A stretch of DNA of 62,176 nt, from NCBI GenBank assembly GCA_014382905.1, contig JACNIU010000151.1, positions 1 through 62,176 of the forward strand, in the 5' to 3' direction. Made by a program: the position numbers and the translations under genes. The DNA is from Desulfobacterales bacterium. Its GTDB lineage: Bacteria; Desulfobacterota; DSM-4660; Desulfatiglandales; Desulfatiglandaceae. Within the stretch, counting starts at the first letter, position 1. Each line of letters starts with the position of its first letter. The notes under the pieces are model-generated. The model ran no database searches and was not told where the DNA came from. It saw only the letters and a program-made list of their open reading frames with translations. Below are positions 17,864 through 26,940 of this stretch, piece after piece.

Positions 17864-18964
17864 ATGGAACAGCTCAGGCTCATAAGAACGGGATATAATT
17901 ATGCGGATTTCTCAACGAGTATCTCACCCGCCATTGAACTTGCCTTAGAGAAGAGGCAGGCGGCAAGTGCCGTTGTCCTGAATGTCTTTCGTGGCGGCAG
18001 TTTCACTTCAGGGTTTCTCGATGATCCGGAGAAGGCCCTTGACCTGGAGTACTGCAGACAAGAAGGGATTGTGGTCAGGCGGCGACAAAACGCGGGCGGG
18101 GCTATCTGGGGTCCGGATGGTGGGGCACTGATAGTCCTGTATGTGGATACCCGGCTGCCGTGGGTGCCGATGAAAACAATAAAGGACGCATTCGGCATAA
18201 CACTGAACCGGTTGGCGGAAGCAGTCCGTGAGCTGTTTGAGGTGGAGGCGGTTTACAGACCACTCAACGATGTGGAGGTGGAAGGGCGAAAGCTGATCCC
18301 CACTTCAGCAAGGCTCGAGAAAGAGATCCTGACCATGCGTCTGCTGGTCAATGTCGTTCCCACTGATCCGAACATTTTGAAAAAGGCCATCATCACACCT
18401 CCTGAAAAGACCCAGGACAAGAAAATTAAAGACCCGGGCGCCCGGTTTACGTGTCTGGAAATAGAGGCAGGGAGGAAGATCTCCCATTCAGAACTCTTGA
18501 CACTTACCAGCAAGACCGTAGAAAAGATCTTCGGGACCACCGTCCAGCTTGTGCCCGGGGAGTTGAGTGATCTGGAGAAGACCTATGCCGCCGAATACCA
18601 GAAGGAGTATACATCAGAGGCGTGGTTTTATGCCAACTCCGAGCGGATGCGATTTAAGGAAATTCCTCCCGATGCGGCCAAGTGCGAGGGGAGGCACAAG
18701 GCGCCTGCAGGGTTGATTCGTGTGACACTGCTCATCACAAAAAACAGGATCCACGATCTCATTATTACTGGGGATTTCCATCCGGCGCCATACCAGGTCC
18801 TGAGAGAGATGGAAAATGTGGTGAGGGGGAAAGAATGCAACTTGGACATAGTGGAAAATGAGATCCAACAGATCTTTGATCGATCCGATGTGGAGATTGC
18901 AGGCACGGAAGTAAAGGATTTTGTTGGGGCCTTTTCTATGGCCTTTCGAGACATCGAAAAATAA
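17864..18964 (+). CDS. Lipoate-protein ligase A (LplA/BPL-LPL) family protein, paralogue 2
   Basis: VVRRRQNAGGAIW matches the LplA RRxxGGGAV motif. NDVEVEGRKLIPTSARL is the lysine segment. The C-terminal IITGDFHPAP resembles the LplA C-terminal domain. Confidence 0.8.
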   Translation: MEQLRLIRTGYNYADFSTSISPAIELALEKRQAASAVVLNVFRGGSFTSGFLDDPEKALDLEYCRQEGIVVRRRQNAGGAIWGPDGGALIVLYVDTRLPWVPMKTIKDAFGITLNRLAEAVRELFEVEAVYRPLNDVEVEGRKLIPTSARLEKEILTMRLLVNVVPTDPNILKKAIITPPEKTQDKKIKDPGARFTCLEIEAGRKISHSELLTLTSKTVEKIFGTTVQLVPGELSDLEKTYAAEYQKEYTSEAWFYANSERMRFKEIPPDAAKCEGRHKAPAGLIRVTLLITKNRIHDLIITGDFHPAPYQVLREMENVVRGKECNLDIVENEIQQIFDRSDVEIAGTEVKDFVGAFSMAFRDIEK

Positions 18965-19068
18965 ACGTCAGAGGAAGGAGGTGATGTCGGAAACCCGAAT
19001 CTTGGCTAAAGACCTCTCAATACGTTTGAACTAACCCAACCCTTAGAGAATAAAGGAGGCGAAGAATC

Positions 19069-20226
19069 ATGTCACATTTCAGGTTTGGAAAGAATGGCGT
19101 CATTTTTATGGTTTGCGTTTCACTTATCTTTTTCGGCTTCCTTGCTTCGGCCGGTGCGGAAGAATCGGTTTCATTGCCCAAGACAATGATATGGAGTTGT
19201 TACGATGTGGGGGCCTCCGGCTATGTGCAGGCATCCGCCATTGCAGATGCCTTTGTCAAGAAATATGGGATCCGGATCCGATTGCTGCCGTCCGGGACAT
19301 CAATAGGGAGGCTGATGCCGCTGACCACCAAAAGAGTCATTTGCGGCTTTCTGGCAAATGAGGTCTTTTTTGCTGTTGAGGGACTTTATGATTTCTCCAC
19401 CATCGAATGGGGGCCGCAGGATCTCAGGGTCCTCCTGGCACACCCCACAACCATCGCCTTAGCAACCACGAAGGAATCCGGTATAAAGGCGATAAAGGAT
19501 CTGAAAGGCAAACGGGTTTCATGGATCCCGGGTGCCCCCACGTTAAACATAAAGGCTGAGGCCTTTCTCGCCTTTGGCGGTATGACGTGGAACGATGTCA
19601 ATAGGGTTGAATTCCCCAGTTACGGTGCGGCATGCAAGGCCCTGATAGAGGGCAAGACCGATGCATCCGTTGTATCCACCTCTGCATCGATCATGTATGA
19701 GTTGGAAACCTCACCAAGAGGCCTGTTCTGGGTCCAATTCCCTCCGTCTGACAAGGAAGGCTGGGACAGGATGTTGAAGATAGCACCCTTTCTCAGCCCC
19801 AAAAAAGAGACAGTCGGCGCAGGCATATCCAAGGAGAATCCCGTTTACCTGCCAGGATACCGCTATCCCATGATCACGGTCTATGCGAATGCTGACCCGG
19901 AATGGGTCTATAACTTCGTAAAGGCCCTGGATCAGACGTATCCCATGTATGAGAAGGCCCATGCGGTAATGCCTGATTGGAAGATATCTGAGTCAGGCGT
20001 TCCGCCCGCAGACGCTCCTTTCCACGTGGGCGCCATAAAATATCTAAAGGAAAAAGGGGTTTGGACGGCCAAAGATGACGAATGGAACAAGGCGCGTCTC
20101 GGGCAACTGAAGAAGGTGCAGGGGGCATGGGAAAAGACGGTCGCAGAAGCAGAGGCAAAGAAGATCAAATCGAAGGAGTTCCCGGAATTCTGGATGAAAC
20201 AGAGGGCGGCGGCCTTGAACCAGTAA
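19069..20226 (+). CDS. TAXI-family TRAP transporter solute-binding protein (second copy)
   Basis: RBS AAAGGAGG; signal peptide ...VCVSLIFFGFLASAGAEE. Paralogous to 238..1296, with a shared C-terminus (FHxGAIxYxKExGVWT). Confidence 0.85.
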   Translation: MSHFRFGKNGVIFMVCVSLIFFGFLASAGAEESVSLPKTMIWSCYDVGASGYVQASAIADAFVKKYGIRIRLLPSGTSIGRLMPLTTKRVICGFLANEVFFAVEGLYDFSTIEWGPQDLRVLLAHPTTIALATTKESGIKAIKDLKGKRVSWIPGAPTLNIKAEAFLAFGGMTWNDVNRVEFPSYGAACKALIEGKTDASVVSTSASIMYELETSPRGLFWVQFPPSDKEGWDRMLKIAPFLSPKKETVGAGISKENPVYLPGYRYPMITVYANADPEWVYNFVKALDQTYPMYEKAHAVMPDWKISESGVPPADAPFHVGAIKYLKEKGVWTAKDDEWNKARLGQLKKVQGAWEKTVAEAEAKKIKSKEFPEFWMKQRAAALNQ

Positions 20227-20280
20227 ACATCTGACGATGTGACACCGCCTTTATTAGTGAGATCTGAGTGAGGGTTTCCT

Positions 20281-22227
20281 GTGGCAGACACGGAAGAGCA
20301 TCGCAGTAAAGGAACAAAAAAAAACGGGGCGAGATTAAGCGGCACATCCTATGTTGTAACGGCCGTAATGTCTTCCCTTGGGATCCTTCTGTGTATCAAC
20401 CAGATCTTTCACCTGAATATCGGCGGGTTCATGCCGATCGGGAATGCCTACTACTACTACATCCTCACCTTTTATCTCTCTATCAGTTTTCTCGTGTTTC
20501 CAGGCGCCAAGAAAGATAGTAACCGAGTCCCCTGGTATGACTGGGGATTGTTTATCCTTTGTATTGTGACCACCCTCTATTTGGGCCTGAACGCCTACAA
20601 CATCCTGACAAAGGGCTGGGAATATGTGGCCCCGGCCCTGCCCACATTGGCCGGAGGAATACTCTGGCTCCTCGCCCTCGAAGGGATACGACGCACAGGG
20701 GGCTTCAGCCTATTTGTCATATGCCTTGTCTTTTCCCTTTATCCCCTTTACGCCGGGTACATGCCCGGGTTCCTCTGGGGGAGTTCGTTTTCCCTGCTGG
20801 AGACCGTCCGATATCAGTCCATGGGGGTTGAAGGGATTATTGGAATTCCCACACGAGTGGTTGGCAACCTCCTGGTCGGTTTTATTATATTTGGCGTGGC
20901 CCTGGTCTCTTCCGGGGGTGGGAAATTCTTTATGGATTTCGCCCTTTCGTTGCTGGGGCATACAAGGGGCGGGGCTGCAAAGGTCGCGGTATTCTCAAGC
21001 GCCTTCATGGCAAGCCTGAGCGGCAGCGTCATCTCCAACGTTGTCACCACCGGGTCCATGACCATCCCCGCCATGAAGGCGACCGGGTACAGCCCCAGAT
21101 GGGCAGGCGCGGTGGAGGCCTGTGCCTCCACCGGCGGATCCATCATGCCGCCCATCATGGGCGCAGCAGGTTTTCTGATCGCCTCTTTTCTGAATGTCCC
21201 ATACGTGGAGGTCATGCGGGCGGCCTTTTTCCCGGCGTTTCTCTACTACTTGACCCTTATCCTTCAGGTGGACGCGCATGCAGCCTTCACAGGGATCGGA
21301 GGTCTTCCGAGAGATGAACTCCCCGATAAATGGGCCACCCTAAGAAAGGGGTGGTTCTTTCTCGGGTCTCTTTTTCTTCTGATCTTTATCCTTATCTACA
21401 TGCGGACAGAGTCTTGGGCGCCCTTCTACGTGATGATATTTCTCTTTGGGTGCTCTATGATCAGAAAAGAAACCCGTTACACATGGAGGAAATTTGTCGA
21501 TTTTATTGTCAACTCAGGCCGTCTTCTGGGGCAGATAACAGGAATCCTTGCTGGAATTGGTCTGATCATGGGCTCTCTTTCCGGAACGGGAGTGGCCAAC
21601 TCTTTTTCGAGAGAGCTGGTGCTGTTTGCCGGCGGCAACACCGCCCTTCTCCTTATCTTCGGCGCCATCACCAGCTTTGTCCTGGGAATAGGAATGACCG
21701 TTACCGCCTGTTACGTCTTCCTGGCGATCGTTCTCGTCCCTGCTCTGGTCGAGGTGGGACTCAACCAGATGGGATGCCACCTCTTTGTACTCTACTGGGG
21801 GTGCCTGTCCTACATAACCCCCCCCGTGGCATTAGGGGCTATCACTGCCGCCGCCATAGCCAACTCCAACCCCATGTCAACAGCGTTCCTGTCCATGCGG
21901 CTGGGGTCGGCAAAGTACATCCTCCCCTTTCTTTTTGTCCTGAATCCCGCTATGATTCTACTGGGGCCATGGGAAGTGGTGTTGCTGGCGGTTGTCACGG
22001 CGATTATCGGTTGTATTCTACTTGCATCCGCCCTTGAGGGTTACCTTTACTTCTTCGGCAGGCTGTCCTTTTTTCCAAGGACCGTCATTTTTGCATCCGG
22101 ATTCCTATTTCTTTATCCCGATTGGCTGGCCGACATTTCGGGGTTGGGGGTTCTGATCTTGTTCATACTCTTGCTAAAGGCAGGTGTCATTAAACAGCCG
22201 GTATCAACAGAAGCAACCATGGCCTGA
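20281..22227 (+). CDS. TRAP transporter fused permease (second copy)
   Basis: 648-aa polytopic ORF with a GTG start per the track. Paralogous to 1408..3375. Confidence 0.85.
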   Translation: MADTEEHRSKGTKKNGARLSGTSYVVTAVMSSLGILLCINQIFHLNIGGFMPIGNAYYYYILTFYLSISFLVFPGAKKDSNRVPWYDWGLFILCIVTTLYLGLNAYNILTKGWEYVAPALPTLAGGILWLLALEGIRRTGGFSLFVICLVFSLYPLYAGYMPGFLWGSSFSLLETVRYQSMGVEGIIGIPTRVVGNLLVGFIIFGVALVSSGGGKFFMDFALSLLGHTRGGAAKVAVFSSAFMASLSGSVISNVVTTGSMTIPAMKATGYSPRWAGAVEACASTGGSIMPPIMGAAGFLIASFLNVPYVEVMRAAFFPAFLYYLTLILQVDAHAAFTGIGGLPRDELPDKWATLRKGWFFLGSLFLLIFILIYMRTESWAPFYVMIFLFGCSMIRKETRYTWRKFVDFIVNSGRLLGQITGILAGIGLIMGSLSGTGVANSFSRELVLFAGGNTALLLIFGAITSFVLGIGMTVTACYVFLAIVLVPALVEVGLNQMGCHLFVLYWGCLSYITPPVALGAITAAAIANSNPMSTAFLSMRLGSAKYILPFLFVLNPAMILLGPWEVVLLAVVTAIIGCILLASALEGYLYFFGRLSFFPRTVIFASGFLFLYPDWLADISGLGVLILFILLLKAGVIKQPVSTEATMA

Positions 22228-22290
22228 AGATAGTTTGAACTGGGCCTGTTATTCAAAAAACGATTTTCTAAACCCTGAGGACAGACGCCG

Positions 22291-22371
22291 ATGACGGCCT
22301 TTATCATCCGTCGATTTTTGATCCTCATCCCCACTTTTCTCAGCATCACCTTAGGGCGCAGTCAAATCTGA
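22291..22371 (+). pseudogene. Remnant of an ABC peptide/nickel-type permease (OppB/DppB-like) N-terminus, truncated after about 21 residues
   Basis: ATG at 22291 encodes MTAFIIRRFLILIPTFLSITLGRSQI*. The first 21 aa match the characteristic OppB/DppB N-terminal helix. Confidence 0.45.
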
Positions 22372-22417
22372 CACAAATCTGGGCGCCAATTCTGGGAATA
22401 TATTTTTGTGCGAGCCC

Positions 22418-22918
22418 TTAGGCCCGATCATAGTACTTCAGCGATTCCCAGAAATCCTTGTCCTGGTCTTTCCAGTCCAGCCCGAATTTCCTGTCGTAAA
22501 AATCACTGAATCGCTCCATCCATCGCCACCAGAAGCTCTGGCCCTGCTCCTTCGCTTCCAGCAGATCATTTAAATATGTGACAATGTTTGCCATCTCCTC
22601 CTTTGGCACAAAGGATGCCGCCCCATCCTTAAAAGACTTAAGGGTATCCTCAGGGCTCAGAGCGTGGGCGGTCAGCATCACCGCAATGACCTTTCGATCG
22701 ATGGCAATCTCAAGGAGCTTATACCCGTCAACCCCCATGATATCCAGCACGGCCATATCGAAATACTGAGAGGTCAACAGATCTCTGGCTTCAATGAAAT
22801 TAGAGGCCTTAACAACATCACATACAGATAACAAGTCCTCCAAGGTTGCCAAGACATCCGGTTCATCATCAACAATGAGGATTCTCTTTCCATCTAACAG
22901 ACTTTTGTTCATGATCAT
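22418..22918 (-). CDS. Stand-alone response-regulator receiver domain protein with a short C-terminal extension
   Basis: RILIVDDEPDV ... FDMAVLDIMGVDG ... VIAVMLTAH are CheY-like REC motifs. Confidence 0.85.
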   Translation of the reverse strand: MIMNKSLLDGKRILIVDDEPDVLATLEDLLSVCDVVKASNFIEARDLLTSQYFDMAVLDIMGVDGYKLLEIAIDRKVIAVMLTAHALSPEDTLKSFKDGAASFVPKEEMANIVTYLNDLLEAKEQGQSFWWRWMERFSDFYDRKFGLDWKDQDKDFWESLKYYDRA

Positions 22919-22930
22919 ATCTCCTTACAA

Positions 22931-24460
22931 TCATCTCAATATCTTCCGGTCCAGGGTCCGGTATTGAATGGCCTCTGCAACATGGGACGCCTCTATGTTG
23001 GGACTACTCTCCAGGTCAGCAATGGTCCGGGCGATCTTCAATATACGCGCGTGTGCCCTTGCGCTGAGACCGAATCTCTCCATGGCCTTTTCCATAAGTG
23101 AACTGGATTCCGAATCGATTTCACAAAACTGTTTGATATGGCGGCTGTTCATCCGGGCATTGATAAAGATCTTCGTCCGGACCAGCCTCTCTCCCTGGAT
23201 CTTCCTTGCATTCATCACCCGCTCCAGGATCTCCGCTGACGAGGCCCCGTCGGAGACACCTGAAAGGTCTTTATAGGGCACAGCAGGGACCTCCATGTGG
23301 ATATCGATCCGGTCCAGCAAAGGGCCGGATATCTTGGACCGATACCGCTGAACCTGCAATGTTGAACAGGTGCATTCCTTTTTGAGATCGCCCAAAAAAC
23401 CGCACGGGCAGGGGTTCATGGCAGCCACCAACATGAACTCAGCCGGATAGGCAACCGTGGAACTGGCTCGGGAAATGGTTACCTGTCCATCCTCCATCGG
23501 CTGCCGCAGGACCTCCAAGACATTCCTTCTGAACTCAGGAAGCTCATCTAAAAAGAGGACCCCGTTGTGTGCAAGACTCACCTCACCCGGTTTCGGGTTC
23601 TGCCCTCCCCCGATCAGACCGGCGTCTGAAATTGTGTGGTGCGGTGAACGAAACGGACGGATCGTGATCAGCCCGTGATCTTTTGGCATCAGCCCCATAA
23701 CACTGTAGATCTTGGATGTTTCGAGAGACTCGTCAAAACTGAGAACGGGGAGAATCGTAGGCAGGCGTTTTGCCAACATGGTCTTGCCCGAACCGGGCGG
23801 GCCGATCATAATAAGATTATGCCCACCGGCCGCCGATATCTCCACGGCCCTTTTTGCGTTCTCCTGGCCGCGGACATCGATGAAATCCATCCAGGAGACC
23901 TGCGGCTGAAAGAGCTTGTTGATTTCCACCGTAAAAGGACTTATCTTGGCTATGCCTCTCAGCGCCCCAACAACCTGGGATAAGGCATTCACGGGGAAGA
24001 TAGGAACCCCTCCCACGACTGCCGCTTCAGAACCGTTTTCAACCGGCAGGAAGATACCCCTGAGGCCGAGTTTCTTTGCGGCGATGGCCATTGGCAAAAC
24101 GCCCCTGACAGGCCTTATGAGGCCGTCCAGGGCCAGTTCGCCTAAGAAAAGGTGGTCTGAGTAGGATGACCTGTTGATGAGCCCTGTGGCCGCCAGAATA
24201 CCGAGGGCCATGGGGAGGTCAAATGCGGACCCTTCTTTCTTGATGTCTGCAGGCGCCAGGTTGACCGTGATCCGGTCGGAAGGAAAATGATACCCGGAGT
24301 TCTTGATAGCCGCCTTGACCCTTTCTTTGCTTTCACGGACCGCCCCTTCTGGCAAGCCCACTGTGGAAAAAGAGGGGAGACCCTGCGAGATATCCACCTC
24401 TACCTCTACCACATAGGCATCGATTCCAATGACGGCGCTACTGAGGACTTTGGCTAACAT
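22931..24460 (-). CDS. YifB/ComM-family Mg-chelatase-like AAA+ ATPase
   Basis: Start at ATG 24460 (MLAKVLSSAVIGIDAYVVEVE) follows AGGAGACC. Walker A GPPGSGKTMLAKRL and Walker B VLFLDELPEF. Confidence 0.9.
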   Translation of the reverse strand: MLAKVLSSAVIGIDAYVVEVEVDISQGLPSFSTVGLPEGAVRESKERVKAAIKNSGYHFPSDRITVNLAPADIKKEGSAFDLPMALGILAATGLINRSSYSDHLFLGELALDGLIRPVRGVLPMAIAAKKLGLRGIFLPVENGSEAAVVGGVPIFPVNALSQVVGALRGIAKISPFTVEINKLFQPQVSWMDFIDVRGQENAKRAVEISAAGGHNLIMIGPPGSGKTMLAKRLPTILPVLSFDESLETSKIYSVMGLMPKDHGLITIRPFRSPHHTISDAGLIGGGQNPKPGEVSLAHNGVLFLDELPEFRRNVLEVLRQPMEDGQVTISRASSTVAYPAEFMLVAAMNPCPCGFLGDLKKECTCSTLQVQRYRSKISGPLLDRIDIHMEVPAVPYKDLSGVSDGASSAEILERVMNARKIQGERLVRTKIFINARMNSRHIKQFCEIDSESSSLMEKAMERFGLSARAHARILKIARTIADLESSPNIEASHVAEAIQYRTLDRKILR

Positions 24461-24642
24461 GATCAGAGGTCTCCTGCTCCCGGTACTCATGCTCCTGAAA
24501 GGAATATTTTCTGAGCCCAGCAATTCTGATGGTCTAAGTTAACGCTTTACATTTAGCATAGGAAGTCTTATATTACAAAGTTTATTTTTATTTACTTTGG
24601 AGTAAACTCCAAGATTCCCACTAATCGAAACAGGAGCAAGCG

Positions 24643-24966
24643 ATGGCACGAATAACAGTAGAAGACTGCTTGAAAAAGGTGGATAACCGGTTTGGATTGA
24701 TTCACCTGACTGCCAAAAGGGTTCGCCAACTGAAAAAGGGGGCGGAACCGATGGTGGTCTGCAAAAATACGGACATTGTGGTTGCCCTCAGGGAAATAGC
24801 CGCCGGAAATGTCTTTCAGACCAGAAACGATAACGGAAATTATTTAATTGAAACCCAACCTGAAAGCCAACCGGACGCTGTCCTCGAAGAAACCCCACTC
24901 GAAAACAACATGGAACCAGTAGACCCGGGAACCGGTCAGGTTGAAGAGGCGGCCAAAGAAAAGTGA
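24643..24966 (+). CDS. rpoZ: DNA-directed RNA polymerase subunit omega
   Basis: [33 protein letters not shown] is a classical RpoZ N-terminus. It also has an acidic C-terminal tail. Confidence 0.9.
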   Translation: MARITVEDCLKKVDNRFGLIHLTAKRVRQLKKGAEPMVVCKNTDIVVALREIAAGNVFQTRNDNGNYLIETQPESQPDAVLEETPLENNMEPVDPGTGQVEEAAKEK

Positions 24967-26084
24967 CCCGGTACAAGAGAGACTATTACGAGATCTTGAG
25001 CCTTTCCAGGGATTGCGGGGATGAAGAAATCAAGAGGTCTTATCGAAAGCTGGCCTTGAAATATCATCCTGACAGAAATCCCGGGGACAAAGAAGCTGAG
25101 GAGAACTTTAAAGAAGCTGCTGAGGCCTATGCAGTCCTTAGAGACTCAGAAAAAAGACAGACCTACGATCGGTTTGGTCATGAAGGGTTAGAGGGCACGG
25201 GCTTCAGCGGTTTCAGCGGTTTTGAGGATATTTTTTCCAGCTTCGGAGATATCTTTGAGGGCTTTTTTGGCTTTGGCACCAGGGGAGGACGGACAGGCGC
25301 CATACAGGGGAAAAGCCTCCGGTATGACCTTGAACTGACCTTAGAAGAGGCCTTCCACGGGAAAGAGGATGAGATCACCTTTCACAGGCTGGAGGCCTGC
25401 GTGACCTGCAGCGGCTCCGGGGCTGCCCCCGGGAGCGCACCCCGGACCTGCGGCACATGCCAGGGAAGGGGCCAGGTGATTCGGTCTCAGGGCTTTTTTC
25501 AGGTCAGCACGACCTGCCCTGCTTGCCAGGGTCAAGGAGAAATCATCACAGATCCATGTCCGGATTGCAGGGGTGGTGGGAAAACCCGGGTTGAAAAAAG
25601 TATCAGCGTCAAGATACCGCCAGGCGTAGACACCGGCTCCCAATTGAGATTGAGAGGTGAGGGAGAATCCGGAGAATACGGGGGACCGCCCGGGGATCTC
25701 TTTGTCGTTATCCACGTCAGGGAACATACGTTCTTCAGTCGGGAGGAAGAAAACCTTGCCTGCCAAATCCCTATCTCATTTGTTCAAGCTGCATTGGGCG
25801 ACACCTTGACGATCCCCATGTTAGGTGAAAAGGAAGGTCACGAGCTGGTGATCCCCCATGGTACCCAATCGGGTGAGGTAATCAAGATACCCGGCAAGGG
25901 GATGGCCAGTCTCAGGGGGTATCGAAAAAGAGGAGATCTATATGTCAAGGTTATCGTAAAGATACCCAAAAAGATGAGCCAGGACCAGAGAGAGCTATTA
26001 GAGGCATTTGCAGAGACGGAGGGGCCGGCATTCGCCAACAAAAAGAAAAAACCCAAGGGTTTCTGGAAAAAGATGGCGGGATAA
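24963..26084 (+). CDS. dnaJ: Type I DnaJ co-chaperone
   Basis: J-domain YYEIL...[10 protein letters not shown], a G/F region, and four CxxCxGxG zinc-finger repeats. The GTG start overlaps the rpoZ stop. Confidence 0.9.
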   Translation: MTRYKRDYYEILSLSRDCGDEEIKRSYRKLALKYHPDRNPGDKEAEENFKEAAEAYAVLRDSEKRQTYDRFGHEGLEGTGFSGFSGFEDIFSSFGDIFEGFFGFGTRGGRTGAIQGKSLRYDLELTLEEAFHGKEDEITFHRLEACVTCSGSGAAPGSAPRTCGTCQGRGQVIRSQGFFQVSTTCPACQGQGEIITDPCPDCRGGGKTRVEKSISVKIPPGVDTGSQLRLRGEGESGEYGGPPGDLFVVIHVREHTFFSREEENLACQIPISFVQAALGDTLTIPMLGEKEGHELVIPHGTQSGEVIKIPGKGMASLRGYRKRGDLYVKVIVKIPKKMSQDQRELLEAFAETEGPAFANKKKKPKGFWKKMAG

Positions 26085-26090
26085 TTGAAC

Positions 26091-26231
26091 AGTTCGAGGA
26101 TTAGAACTCGACCCTGACCCCAGTACCATCTTCCGGAGCTACGGGGCAGGCGCAGGAATCGGGCCTCCGGTTTGTAAAGCCTGCGGCTCGGAAAGCAAAA
26201 GAGGGCCTTTTGCCAGGGCCTCTGAGCCGTC
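26091..26231. repeat. Intergenic repeat element, copy A (dnaJ-dksA spacer)
   Basis: Its 36-nt core CCCCAGTACCATCTTCCGGAGCTACGGGGCAGGCGC (26118..26153) is identical to 31910..31945. The flanks are similar too. Copy A carries about 35 extra internal nt. Confidence 0.8.
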
Positions 26232-26312
26232 AATGGTAATCTTTATTACTTTACATCATTAGCAAATGGTGTTAAAAAATGTTGTTTATCTTATTGCGGA
26301 ACGGAGAGAGCG

Positions 26313-26678
26313 ATGTTGAGCAAAAAAAACCAGGAGTATTTCAGAGACCACCTCACTGAAAGACTGGCTGAACTCTTGGAGGAGTCCACAAAGACTGTCA
26401 GCGGTATGACCGACGACAGTGAAACCTTCCCCGATCCCACGGACAGGGCAACCCTGGAGTCGGAAAGGAATTTTACCCTCAGAATCCGGGACAGAGAGAG
26501 GAAGCTGATTTCAAAAATCAAAGAGGCCTTAAGCAGGATCGACCAGGGCACCTTTGGGATCTGTGAAGAATGCGGGGGGGATATTTCCGGGGAAAGGCTG
26601 GAGGCTCGTCCTGTGACTACCCTATGCATTGACTGCAAGAAAAGCCAGGAGAATGACGAAAAACTCAAGGGTCTATAG
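26313..26678 (+). CDS. dksA: DksA/TraR-family C4 zinc-finger transcription factor
   Basis: Coiled-coil N-terminus and CEECGGDISGERLEARPVTTLCIDCK. Confidence 0.88.
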   Translation: MLSKKNQEYFRDHLTERLAELLEESTKTVSGMTDDSETFPDPTDRATLESERNFTLRIRDRERKLISKIKEALSRIDQGTFGICEECGGDISGERLEARPVTTLCIDCKKSQENDEKLKGL

Positions 26679-26816
26679 GATTAAAATTTGATACGTCCGC
26701 AAGACGGCAGATTTCTCGCAGAGCCATAGAACGTAAAGGTAACCTATTGAAATTGCTCATTCTGCCTTGGCGTCCTTTGCGCCTTTGCGCGAGACCAGAG
26801 GTTTTTTACAGGAACA

Positions 26817-26853
26817 GGCCGGCTCAATGGTGATGCCCGGCCTTTTTGTTTTC
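26817..26853 (+). terminator. Rho-independent terminator AGGCCGG-N13-CCGGCCT followed by TTTTTGTTTT
   Basis: Read directly. It lies about 140 nt downstream of the dksA stop. Confidence 0.65.
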
Positions 26854-26940
26854 GTAACCATGTTCTGGAATAGCAGATCAGATGCTGCCACATTTAAAAG
26901 ATCTCTGACGATTCCCGTAAATTTATGATATGATTGTTCC

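Noticed and set aside
18984-19034. 16-codon uORF MSETRILAKDLSIRLN* before the second TAXI gene
   Set aside because: Its ATG is only 2-3 nt from the SD-like core, which is too close for normal initiation. The peptide is not conserved with the first locus. It is kept only as part of the leader-motif finding.
26091-26231. Resemblance of repeat copy A (…GTAAAGCCTGCGG…, GGGCCTCCGG) to a GEMM-I c-di-GMP riboswitch
   Set aside because: Only short fortuitous matches to the ACGCAAAGCC-type segment. The tetraloop/receptor architecture cannot be drawn. Copy B also lacks the very segment that looked similar.
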